Source: Candidatus Endomicrobiellum neotermitis
Lineage (GTDB): Bacteria; Elusimicrobiota; Endomicrobiia; Endomicrobiales; Endomicrobiaceae
Length of the DNA stretch: 64,000 nucleotides
NCBI GenBank assembly: GCA_031282355.1
Contig: JAITDW010000003.1
Span: 27,708-91,707 of the forward strand
Direction of reading: 5' to 3'
The translations under genes were made by a program, and so were the position numbers. Each line of letters opens with the position of its first letter. Position 1 is the first letter of the stretch. Below are positions 44,014-53,297 of the stretch, piece by piece. Below the pieces are notes generated by a model that searched no databases, was not told the DNA's origin, and saw only the letters and a program-made list of their open reading frames with translations.

Positions 44014-45774
44014 TTACACTACCTTAGCAGCAACACATATACCAAGTTCTTTTAATTGTTTGTCAGTTACTGGTGTTGGTGCATTTGACAATGGATCTGT
44101 TGCCTTTTGTACTTTTGGAAAAGCAATTACTTCCCTTATAGAATCCTCTTTTAAAATCAAAGCGCATAATCTATCAAAACCAAGTGCTAATCCACCATGC
44201 GGTGGGGCACCATAAGTTAAAGCATCAAGTAGAAAACCAAATTTTTCTACTGCAGATTCATTTGAAATATTCAAAATATCAAATATTTTTTTTTGTATAT
44301 TACTTTTATGTATTCTTATTGAGCCACCACCAATTTCTACACCATTTAAAATAATATCATAAGCTTTCGCCTTTGCACTTCCAATATTTTCCTTTGTGAC
44401 AAAATCTTCATTTTCGGGAGCTGTAAACGGGTGATGTAATGATTGCCATTTATTTTCTTCTTTACTCCATTTCACAAGCGGAAAATCAACAACCCACAAA
44501 AAATTAAATTTGCTTTTATCAATAAAATTATATTTCTTTCCTATTTTAATTCTTAATGCCCCTAGACCTTGAGCAACTATTTTTTCTTCACCCGCAAGGA
44601 GGATAATTAAGTCACCACTTTTAGCATTAAACTTCAAAATAATTTCATTAAGTTCTGCTAATTTAAAATATTTAACTATATTTGACTCTACACCAGTATC
44701 TGTAACTTTCATCCAAGATAACCCATTAGCACCATATTCATTAACAAATTTTATAAATTCGTCGATTTCTGAGCGAGAACAAGCAGCACCTTTAGGAATA
44801 CACAAACCTCTTACAACACCTCCATTATTTATAGCCGACGAAAATATACTAAATTTGTTATTTTTGAGTTCTTCAGAAAAATCTTTTATTTTTATTTCAA
44901 ATCTTGTATCAGGTTTATCAGAACCGTAATTTAACATTGCGTCCGCATATGATATTTTTTCAAAAGGTAATTTTATATTAACATTTAATATTACTTTAAA
45001 AACTTCCATAAACATCTTTTCTACAATAGTAATTATGTCTTCTTCTGTTATGAATGACATTTCAATATCAATTTGAGTAAACTCAGGTTGTCTATCAGCA
45101 CGTAAATCTTCATCTCTAAAACATCTTACAAATTGATAATATTTATCGAATCCAGAAATCATTAAAATTTGCTTAAAAATTTGTGGAGATTGTGGTAAAG
45201 CAAAAAAATTCCCATGATTAAGTCGTGAAGGTACTAAAAAATCTCTAGCTCCTTCTGGAGTAGATTTTGTTAAAAAAGGAGTTTCAATCTCTAAAAAATC
45301 ATTTTCATTAAAAAACTTTCTTATCTCCTGTGCAATTTTATGACGTGTGACAAAATTTTTTTGTAAACGCGTACGACGTAAATCTAAGTATCTATATTTT
45401 AATCTTAGCTCTTCGCAAACTTCAACATAATTCGAAATATTGAAAGGAAGACATGAAGAAATATTTAATATTTCAAGATTTGTAGCTACAAGTTCTACAG
45501 CACCTGTAGACACATTAAAATTTAAAGTTCCTTTTGGCCTATTTTGCACTATACCTTCAATAGCAACTACACATTCATTACGTAAACTTTCAGCAATTTT
45601 AAATATATCTTTTCTTTCTGGTTGAATAACAATTTGTAAAATACCTTCTCTATCTCTTAAATCAATGAAAATTACACCTCCGTGATTTCTGCATGAATGG
45701 ACCCATCCACAAACAACAATCACTTTTCCTATGTCAGCTTCTCCTATACATCCACAGTAATCGCTTCTCTTCAT
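44014..45774 (-). CDS. aspS: aspartate--tRNA ligase, probably non-discriminating
   Basis: HGGVIFIDLRD, STPEGARDFLVP, FRDEDLRADRQPEF, GAPPHGG; His and Gly at the anticodon-domain positions typical of ND-AspRS. Confidence 0.95.
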   Translation of the reverse strand: MKRSDYCGCIGEADIGKVIVVCGWVHSCRNHGGVIFIDLRDREGILQIVIQPERKDIFKIAESLRNECVVAIEGIVQNRPKGTLNFNVSTGAVELVATNLEILNISSCLPFNISNYVEVCEELRLKYRYLDLRRTRLQKNFVTRHKIAQEIRKFFNENDFLEIETPFLTKSTPEGARDFLVPSRLNHGNFFALPQSPQIFKQILMISGFDKYYQFVRCFRDEDLRADRQPEFTQIDIEMSFITEEDIITIVEKMFMEVFKVILNVNIKLPFEKISYADAMLNYGSDKPDTRFEIKIKDFSEELKNNKFSIFSSAINNGGVVRGLCIPKGAACSRSEIDEFIKFVNEYGANGLSWMKVTDTGVESNIVKYFKLAELNEIILKFNAKSGDLIILLAGEEKIVAQGLGALRIKIGKKYNFIDKSKFNFLWVVDFPLVKWSKEENKWQSLHHPFTAPENEDFVTKENIGSAKAKAYDIILNGVEIGGGSIRIHKSNIQKKIFDILNISNESAVEKFGFLLDALTYGAPPHGGLALGFDRLCALILKEDSIREVIAFPKVQKATDPLSNAPTPVTDKQLKELGICVAAKVV

Positions 45775-46026
45775 TTACAATATCCTTCTATCGTGTCGGC
45801 TGTTTTATCATTCATAAACTCATATAATTCTTCTCAAAAAAACACAACAATCTTGCATATACTGAAAAAAACTGTTTAAGAGACATGGAGAAAACAAACA
45901 TGGGAATCGTCAAAGAAAAATCACAAACACTAATCTACTAAAGCTGTCTATACATACGATAATCATTTTATCATTTTTTTCAAATAAGAACAAATCTTGT
46001 TATTAAAATGATAAATATCACTTTAT

Positions 46027-47379
46027 TTATTCTGCGTTACGTATTTTTTTTATAATTTGATTAACTTTAGTGTTAAAATACTGATCTGAACCCATTTTTT
46101 CTTTAATTTTATTACAAGCATGCATAACAGTTGAATGATCTCTACCGCCAAAAGCATCTCCAATAGCATTAGTTGAGAATTCATCAGTTAATGTCCTAGC
46201 AAGGTACATCGCAAGTTGTCTTGGAAATGCAATAGCATCTGTTCTTCTCTTTGATTTCATATCTTTCATATCAATATTAAAATCACTAGCAACAATTTTT
46301 TGTATATTTTCTATTGTTATATGTGCTGAATTATCTGTTTTAATAATATCTTTAAGTATTTTTTTTACCGAATCAACAGTTAAAGGTGTACTTGTAAATG
46401 CAGAAAAAGCTACAACTCGTAAAAGAGAGCCCTCCAATTGTCTTATATTTGATTTAATCTGCATTGCTATATGTACGATTATATCGTTTGGAACGTATAT
46501 TTTTTCTTCTTCAGCTTTTTTACGTAAAATCGCAGTTCTTGTTTCAAAATCAGGATATTGTATGTCAGCTATAATGCCCCATTCAAATCTAGAAATAAGT
46601 CTTTCTTCAACACCATCGAGTTCGCTAGGAGGCCTGTCAGAAGAAATAACCACTTGCTTTTTAAAATTGAATAGACTATTAAACATATGAAAAAATTCTT
46701 CTTGAGAGCTTCCTTTACCAACCAAAAATTGTATGTCATCAATCAATAAACAGTCTAGATTTCTATATTTATTTTTAAAAGACGATATTTTGTCGAAACG
46801 AATTGATTCAATAAATTCACTAACAAATTTTTCACAAGTAACATAAAGAACTTTTAGCTTTGGAGTTGCCTGTTTTATATAATTGCCTATAGCATGCAAA
46901 AGATGTGTTTTTCCGAGCCCTACACCACTGTAAAGAAATAAAGGATTAAATTGTTTCCCTGGATTTTTTGCAACGCTTTCAGAACATCCATGAGCAAATC
47001 TATTAGAAGTACCTACAACAAAACCAGAAAAAATATATTTTGGATTTACTTGATCTTTTTGTATAATAGGCGCTTGAACATATGTATGCTCAGGCATATC
47101 TTCAACTTTTTTTATCGTATCTATTATATTATGGAGCGGTTCCAATTTTAAAGTTATAATACGTTTACAACAATCAAATAAAATACGTTCAATGTTATCT
47201 TTTTGGTTTTTTTCTATCCACTGTGAAAAATAAATATTAGGAACCTGAATAATAAAAATATCATTTTCAAACGCTAAAGGCTTTAAAGGTGAAACCCATA
47301 AACTATAAGTTTCTGGTGCTATTGACAACTTGATATTATCAATAATTTTACCCCACAAATAAAAAATAGAAACATTCAT
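46027..47379 (-). CDS. dnaA: chromosomal replication initiator DnaA (intact)
   Basis: NPLFLYSGVGLGKTHL, IDDIQF, RFEWG, RQLAMYL, GGRDHSTVMHA. Confidence 0.97.
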   Translation of the reverse strand: MNVSIFYLWGKIIDNIKLSIAPETYSLWVSPLKPLAFENDIFIIQVPNIYFSQWIEKNQKDNIERILFDCCKRIITLKLEPLHNIIDTIKKVEDMPEHTYVQAPIIQKDQVNPKYIFSGFVVGTSNRFAHGCSESVAKNPGKQFNPLFLYSGVGLGKTHLLHAIGNYIKQATPKLKVLYVTCEKFVSEFIESIRFDKISSFKNKYRNLDCLLIDDIQFLVGKGSSQEEFFHMFNSLFNFKKQVVISSDRPPSELDGVEERLISRFEWGIIADIQYPDFETRTAILRKKAEEEKIYVPNDIIVHIAMQIKSNIRQLEGSLLRVVAFSAFTSTPLTVDSVKKILKDIIKTDNSAHITIENIQKIVASDFNIDMKDMKSKRRTDAIAFPRQLAMYLARTLTDEFSTNAIGDAFGGRDHSTVMHACNKIKEKMGSDQYFNTKVNQIIKKIRNAE

Positions 47380-47390
47380 ATAATCCCCAA

Positions 47391-47412
47391 CTTATCCACA
47401 GCTGTGGATAAG
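47391..47412. promoter_or_regulatory. inverted pair of perfect DnaA boxes at the dnaA 5' end
   Basis: perfect 22-bp palindrome CTTATCCACAGCTGTGGATAAG (TTATCCACA 47392-47400, TGTGGATAA 47403-47411). Confidence 0.9.
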
Positions 47413-47461
47413 CTTATTAACACTACTAAAAATTACTCTTTTTTCTTCAAAGGTTGAACAT

Positions 47462-48283
47462 CTAGACATGGTGTATTTTATATTCTTGCATCTTCTTTGT
47501 CAAGAGTATAAAATCTAATGTTGATAAATTATCAGCTCTTAAGAATATATCTAGCTTACAGGATTTTAGAATTTTTTCAGAACGTTCTCTTCCAAGACTT
47601 CTAAATGAACTCAATCCATTTAAAATTGTTTTTCTACGCATACTAAAAATATGCTTTACAAGGTCAAAAAAAATTAATTCTGGATATTTTGGTTTTTTAT
47701 TTATTAATTTTACAACCGAAGAAACAACTTTAGGTCTTGGATTAAAGCATTTTGGAGAAACATCAAACAAAATTTTAGAATTTGTATAATAAGAAATAAA
47801 TACTGAAATATATCCGTAATTTTTACCACTACATGGCTGAGCTACGAGACGTTGTGCTACTTCTTTTTGAAGCATAAAAACAGCAGCATCCCAATTTTTA
47901 AAAGGTAAAATTTTTTGAATAATTGCTGTGCCTGTAGCATAAGGTAAGTTAGAAATTATTTTAAAATTATTTTCTTGTTTATGTAAATTTTTAATGATAT
48001 TTGGACATAGTGACATTAAATCATATTTTAAAAAATCTTTATTTATAATTTCTACATTTTTAATATTTAAGAATAAAAAATAGTAATATAATTGATAGAA
48101 TAAAGCAGAATCTATTTCAACGGCAATTAGTTGTTTAACACGAGGCTGTATTATTTTTGTCAAAATACCTTTACCTGGTCCTATTTCTAAAACTTTATCT
48201 TGTTCTTTTAAATTAGCAACATTAACAATATTATTTGCTATATTGTTATCAATTAAAAAATTTTGACCGTATCTTTGGCGCAT
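47462..48283 (-). CDS. rsmA: 16S rRNA m6,2A dimethyltransferase
   Basis: GQNFLID, VLEIGPGKG, SNLPY, MLQKEVA.RL, PRPKV.S, RRKT; start placed at ATG 48283. Confidence 0.95.
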   Translation of the reverse strand: MRQRYGQNFLIDNNIANNIVNVANLKEQDKVLEIGPGKGILTKIIQPRVKQLIAVEIDSALFYQLYYYFLFLNIKNVEIINKDFLKYDLMSLCPNIIKNLHKQENNFKIISNLPYATGTAIIQKILPFKNWDAAVFMLQKEVAQRLVAQPCSGKNYGYISVFISYYTNSKILFDVSPKCFNPRPKVVSSVVKLINKKPKYPELIFFDLVKHIFSMRRKTILNGLSSFRSLGRERSEKILKSCKLDIFLRADNLSTLDFILLTKKMQEYKIHHV

Positions 48284-48285
48284 AA

Positions 48286-49668
48286 TCACTTACCTATACA
48301 GAAAGTAGAAAAGATCGTATCTAAAATATCGTGCTTAACATTAAATCCTAAAATTTCATTAAGTGCTGCTTGTGCAGCTGTAATTTCAAAACATGCAATT
48401 TCATCAGCATCTTCCATTAAAGCTTTTTTTGTTTTTACTAAAGCTTTAAAAGCATTCAATAACAACATAAAATGACGAGTATTTATCATTAATTTATCAT
48501 TATTCTCATAACTTGTATTAATTCCAATTATTTTATAAATTACGTCTAACAAATTAGAAATACCAGTCCTAGTTTTAGCAGAAATCTTAACAACATTAGA
48601 AAAAATAAATCTCAAATCAGGATTATCAATTAAACATAAATTTGATGCAATATCACATTTATTCAACACACCTATAACAGGTATATTCACAGCAGACTTT
48701 ATTAGAAAATCTGCTATTTTTATATCATCTTCTTCAAGGTTTAAAGAATTATCAAATAACCATATTAATATATTAGCATTCATCACTGTTTCTTTAGTTC
48801 TTTTCTGACCTAACATTTCTATCAAATTTTTAGAATGGGACCTTAATCCAGCTGTATCTATAATAGTAAGTGATATTCCTCTGTAATCTATTGTTTCTTC
48901 TATGATATCTGTTGTAGTGCCTTCAATATTTGTAACAATAGCTTTATTTTTATTTAAAATAGCATTTAATAAAGATGATTTTCCTGTATTGGCTTTACCT
49001 ATAATAGCAACTTTTACACCATGATACAAAGATCTGCTTATTTTGTATGAATTTAAAAGATTTTGCACATTTTCGATACATAAATCAACTTTTGAAATTT
49101 TTTCACGACGTGATAGAAATGTTATATCTTCTTCAGGATAATCTAAATTAGCTTCTATAAAAACAAGAAGATTTATTATAACATCATTAATATTTTTTAT
49201 TTTTACTGAAAATTCTCCTGAAATATTATTTAAAGCAGCTTTCACAGCCATTTTTGTTTTACTCATTATTAAATCGCATACTGCTTCAGCCTTTATCAGA
49301 TCTATTTTCCCATTTAAAAATGATCTATACGTAAATTCTCCAGGTTCCGCAGGCCTAGCACCATTTTTATATAGAAGTTGCAAAACTTCATCTATTATTA
49401 CTGGATTACCATGAACTGCAATTTCTACTAAATTTTCTCCAGTATATGTGTGAGGATTTTTAAAAAATGTACACATTACTTCATCCTTTTTTTCTACACC
49501 ATCCAATATGTAACCATATTTAACTTGTTGTTCTGATTTAGATTTAGCTTTGAATATTTTATTTATAATTTTAAACGAATCTTTACCTGAAAGTCTTAAT
49601 ATGGCTATTGCAGATTTCCCCATAGCAGTTGACAACGCGGCAATTGTATCTTCTTTTAAATAGTTCAT
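48286..49668 (-). CDS. mnmE: tRNA modification GTPase MnmE
   Basis: DTIAALST, YTGEN.VE..HG, PGEFT.R, G1 GKANTGKSS, DTAG, NKCD, FCIGK C-terminus. Confidence 0.95.
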   Translation of the reverse strand: MNYLKEDTIAALSTAMGKSAIAILRLSGKDSFKIINKIFKAKSKSEQQVKYGYILDGVEKKDEVMCTFFKNPHTYTGENLVEIAVHGNPVIIDEVLQLLYKNGARPAEPGEFTYRSFLNGKIDLIKAEAVCDLIMSKTKMAVKAALNNISGEFSVKIKNINDVIINLLVFIEANLDYPEEDITFLSRREKISKVDLCIENVQNLLNSYKISRSLYHGVKVAIIGKANTGKSSLLNAILNKNKAIVTNIEGTTTDIIEETIDYRGISLTIIDTAGLRSHSKNLIEMLGQKRTKETVMNANILIWLFDNSLNLEEDDIKIADFLIKSAVNIPVIGVLNKCDIASNLCLIDNPDLRFIFSNVVKISAKTRTGISNLLDVIYKIIGINTSYENNDKLMINTRHFMLLLNAFKALVKTKKALMEDADEIACFEITAAQAALNEILGFNVKHDILDTIFSTFCIGK

Positions 49669-49690
49669 AATTATTTTTAAAATACTTTTT

Positions 49691-49740
49691 TGTACATGTG
49701 TTATTTATGTTATAGAATAGAACATAAATAACATACTACA
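49691..49740. repeat. long inverted repeat upstream of mnmE
   Basis: perfect 13-bp arms TGTTATTTATGTT (49699-49711) and AACATAAATAACA (49721-49733), with imperfect extension to TGTA/TACA. Confidence 0.8.
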
Positions 49741-49822
49741 GTATGATTACTTTTACCATTTGTATTAAATCTTAATCAATTTCGAATTTATAATCTTTTG
49801 CATTACTTTTTTAAAAAAACTA

Positions 49823-49957
49823 TTATTTTAGTTTGTAATTTTTCTCAATATTACCTTCAAACATAAAACATATATTTATGGAACAAATTGACACAATTAA
49901 GAATCTTTCGTGTACTTTATAAAAAACTCCTATAGTAACTGCTGATTTTTTAATCAT
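49823..49957 (-). pseudogene. ribF: decayed ribF (riboflavin kinase/FAD synthetase) N-terminal remnant
   Basis: translates MIKKSAVTIGVFYKVHERFLI..., resembling the RibF N-terminus (xxVTIGxFDGVHxGHxxLI); sits where ribF is expected after rbfA-DHH-truB; stops after 44 codons. Confidence 0.6.
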
Positions 49958-50069
49958 ATAAGTTCTTGATAAATTTTATCCAAAAGAAAAACGTCACATA
50001 TTGTTACATCTCATTAACTATATATTCTGCTTTTCTCACATATAATCTATACTACTACAAATGATATTA

Positions 50070-51026
50070 TTAAAACATTCTTTTAAAATATGGACTTATT
50101 ATTCTAATTGAATTGTTGATACCGGAGTTAATAATACATCCTGCAGCATTTTTGTGTCCTCCACCACCAAATGTACGCATAATTTCAAGAATATTAAAAC
50201 CTCTTACAGATCTACAACTAATTTTTGTAATATCATTACTAATCTCTTTAAAAAGACATCCTATTTTTATACCATCTATTTCTAGAGTATAATTTATTAT
50301 ATTATCAGCATCATTATCTTTTGCACCACTTTTATTCAACATATTTCTTGTCAAAATAATATAAGAAACATTATTATTAATAATTGTTTTCATACTACAA
50401 AGTGCCATTCCATGTAATCTTAAATAATTAATTGTTTTCTTTTCATATATTTTTTCATAAATTTCATCTGCATTTAAACCATATCTCATGAGTTTTGCAC
50501 ATGTAATATGAGCACTTGGTGTAGTATTTACATATTTAAAACAACCTGTATCTGTTAATATGCCAGTATAAAGACTTTCGGCCTCATCTTTAGTGAGCTT
50601 AATCTCCATATATTCTAAGATATTGAAAACAAGTTCTGCTACAGATGATGATGATGGTACTATATAATTAACAGTTCCAAAATTTGTATGTGATAAATGA
50701 TGATCTATATTTATTATTTTTTTTACTTGATCCCTAGAAATTATATCACCCATTCTTGAAAAATTGAATGATTCCAAAATTATAGCACAATCAAATACAT
50801 CAGTTTTCATGACGGATCTTTTTATTAAATTAGATCCTTTAAGAAATTTTAAAAAATCTGGAACATCATCGTTATAGTAAACAGAAGCTTTTTTACCGAG
50901 TCTAGTTAAAACAGAAGTTAAAGCTAAAGCTGATCCAAGACTATCACCATCTGTCTTAATATGTCCAGCAATAAAAAATGTCTTTGACTGTTTTATTATT
51001 TTAGAGATATCAAAAAGCTTTTTCAA
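50070..51026 (-). CDS. DHH/DHHA1 phosphoesterase (NrnA-like nanoRNase/pAp phosphatase)
   Basis: H..DGDSLGS, NIDHH, GILTDTG.F, GGGGHKNAAG; coupled to rbfA. Confidence 0.92.
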   Translation of the reverse strand: MKKLFDISKIIKQSKTFFIAGHIKTDGDSLGSALALTSVLTRLGKKASVYYNDDVPDFLKFLKGSNLIKRSVMKTDVFDCAIILESFNFSRMGDIISRDQVKKIINIDHHLSHTNFGTVNYIVPSSSSVAELVFNILEYMEIKLTKDEAESLYTGILTDTGCFKYVNTTPSAHITCAKLMRYGLNADEIYEKIYEKKTINYLRLHGMALCSMKTIINNNVSYIILTRNMLNKSGAKDNDADNIINYTLEIDGIKIGCLFKEISNDITKISCRSVRGFNILEIMRTFGGGGHKNAAGCIINSGINNSIRIISPYFKRMF

Positions 51027-51373
51027 TTTTCTTCTTCTATCTTTTTAAGAATATTAAATATTCTTGTAGCGTTTTCATTAGTATTATCATAAGTAAAAAA
51101 TATATTTGGAGTTCGTCTTAAGTTTAGGAGTAAAGCTAGCTTATGTCTTATTAATTTTTTATTTTTACTTAAAATCTCATTTATTCGGTACCTATTTTCT
51201 CCAAACACTGAATAGTAAATTTTACAATTTAGTAAATCATCTGTAACTTTGACTCCAACAACAGTGACAAGTCCTTTACTCAAATCTAACTCTTTGATAT
51301 TTCTCAACAATTTAGGAATTACCTGTTGTATAAGTTCACCAACTCTCACTGATCTTTTGTATGATAGTGTCAT
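51023..51373 (-). CDS. rbfA: ribosome-binding factor A
   Basis: R..RVGELI, VTV..VKVT.DL..KIYYS, LRRTP.I.F.YD. Confidence 0.9.
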   Translation of the reverse strand: MTLSYKRSVRVGELIQQVIPKLLRNIKELDLSKGLVTVVGVKVTDDLLNCKIYYSVFGENRYRINEILSKNKKLIRHKLALLLNLRRTPNIFFTYDNTNENATRIFNILKKIEEEN

Positions 51374-51798
51374 ATCTATAAAATTCCTTTTACGTGGTGT
51401 ATTTATTACCTATTAAAATAACTAATATATTACTACGATAAAGACATACTCTGCTCGCTGGAGATTATACTAAATTTTTTTGAATTCATACTAAAATAAG
51501 TATAATTAAATCGCTTGATAAAATATAAAAAATCAGAACTCTTATTTTTAAACAAAATTCATTACAACTAACAAAAACAGCACTTATAGCCACAATGATT
51601 TTTTACGAATCGTGGTCTATTTTTTGACACGTTTTGGTATAAAATTTAAACTTTTAACCTTAAAGTCATAAAAAAATCCATACATTTACATGTATGATTA
51701 TGTGTCTAAAAAAATATTCTTTAAAATTAAACACAATTTTTTATGCGATAGTAATGCTTACATAGAAATAATATTTCTACATAAACTAGTGAGAGGTG

Positions 51799-53217
51799 CT
51801 ATATCTTATTTTTTTTATTTCGACTTAGTTTAGATATTTTATATCCGATATAAACAAGCAATACCCATACTGGCATAAACATAACTTGTGTAATCATCCC
51901 AAAACGCGGTATTATTGATACGATGATTAAAATAAAAGCAATAAAAACTAGTGTAATATAATTCGAATATGGATAAAATGGTGCTGGGAATATAGATTTA
52001 TAGTTTTCAAGATTTTTTTGTTTTTTAAATTTTAAATGCGTAATTGTGATTAATATCCAATTAATAATAGTGTACATGAATAAGAAATTTACAATTATTT
52101 TAAAAGCTTCAAACCAATTAGGAACAAAATAATTTAACGGTACTACTGAAACAGTTAAAATACCTGACAGCATAAGTGCAGCCGTAGGTATTCCTCTTTT
52201 ATTTGTTTTCATAAAAATTTTAGGGGCGTTTTGTTGTAGTGCTAATGCATAAAGTACACGGCTATTACTATAAATACAAGTGATATAAACTGATAGAGCT
52301 GCAGTTAAAATTACAAAATTAAGAGTCCATGCGGCATACTTAAAACCTATTCTATCAAATATCATAACGAAAGGACTATCAGTAAGACCTAAATTAACCC
52401 AATGATATAAAGATAAAAGTATAACTAAAGATCCTACATAAAAAATTAAAACCCGCGACATTACTTGATTTACTGCTTTAGGAATAGTTTTTTGTGGATT
52501 AGCAGTTTCAGCAGCCGTAATACCTACTAATTCTAATCCATCAAATGCAAAAATTATCATTGGTATAGCTGCTATAAATCCTAAAAATCCGTGTGGAAAA
52601 AAACCACTAAAAGTAGGATCTCCAATATGTTTACCTACCGTAGGTGGCATCCATAAATTTTTAAAAGTTGCCCCATCAATTAAACTTGGATTTATAACTA
52701 GCACATAAGCGCCTGTTATAATCATAGCAGAAATTGCTACGATTTTTATAATTGAAAACCAAAATTCTATCTCACCATAAGCTTTTACAGTCACAGCATT
52801 TATTATATTTATAATTATGAAAAAAAATAAAGCAGCTTTCCAAGTCGCTAATGTTGGGAACCAATATTGCACATACGCTGCAGCAGCAGTTAATTCTGCT
52901 ATAATCGACAAAATTGATAAAAACCAATAATTCCATCCAGACAGAAATCCTGTAAATTTCCCACAATATTTATAAGCAAAATAACTGAAAGACCCGGCCA
53001 TAGGTTCTTCTGTATCCATTTCACCTAAATGGCGCATAATAAAAAATGCTATCATTCCAGAAAACAGGTAACCTAGAATAACTGCTGGTCCTGCAACAGC
53101 AATTGCACTACCTGTTCCTAAAAATAATCCAGTACCTATTACACCACCGAAAGCAATAAACTGAACATGTCTATTTTGTAATTTGCGTTTTAAATCACTA
53201 GATTGTAGTTGTTTCAT
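51799..53217 (-). CDS. APC/AAT amino-acid permease (AroP/PheP/ProY-like)
   Basis: LKRKLQNRHVQFIAFGGVIGTGLFLG, GWNYW, YGEIEFWF, GLELVGITAAE..NP..IPKA, SPFV. Confidence 0.9.
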   Translation of the reverse strand: MKQLQSSDLKRKLQNRHVQFIAFGGVIGTGLFLGTGSAIAVAGPAVILGYLFSGMIAFFIMRHLGEMDTEEPMAGSFSYFAYKYCGKFTGFLSGWNYWFLSILSIIAELTAAAAYVQYWFPTLATWKAALFFFIIINIINAVTVKAYGEIEFWFSIIKIVAISAMIITGAYVLVINPSLIDGATFKNLWMPPTVGKHIGDPTFSGFFPHGFLGFIAAIPMIIFAFDGLELVGITAAETANPQKTIPKAVNQVMSRVLIFYVGSLVILLSLYHWVNLGLTDSPFVMIFDRIGFKYAAWTLNFVILTAALSVYITCIYSNSRVLYALALQQNAPKIFMKTNKRGIPTAALMLSGILTVSVVPLNYFVPNWFEAFKIIVNFLFMYTIINWILITITHLKFKKQKNLENYKSIFPAPFYPYSNYITLVFIAFILIIVSIIPRFGMITQVMFMPVWVLLVYIGYKISKLSRNKKNKI

Positions 53218-53297
53218 AGTAAAACTCCAGAAATTTTATAACTATTTTTGCTTTAATAATTTTTTCATGTTTAAACCAAATTTTATCTATTTTGTAT

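Noticed and set aside
51586-51779. Short dyads downstream of the permease (CATACAT/ATGTATG, TAGAAATA/TATTTCTA and an imperfect CCAC/GTGG stem)
   Set aside because: 7-8 bp AT-rich arms are expected by chance and there is no properly oriented U-tract for the minus-strand transcript
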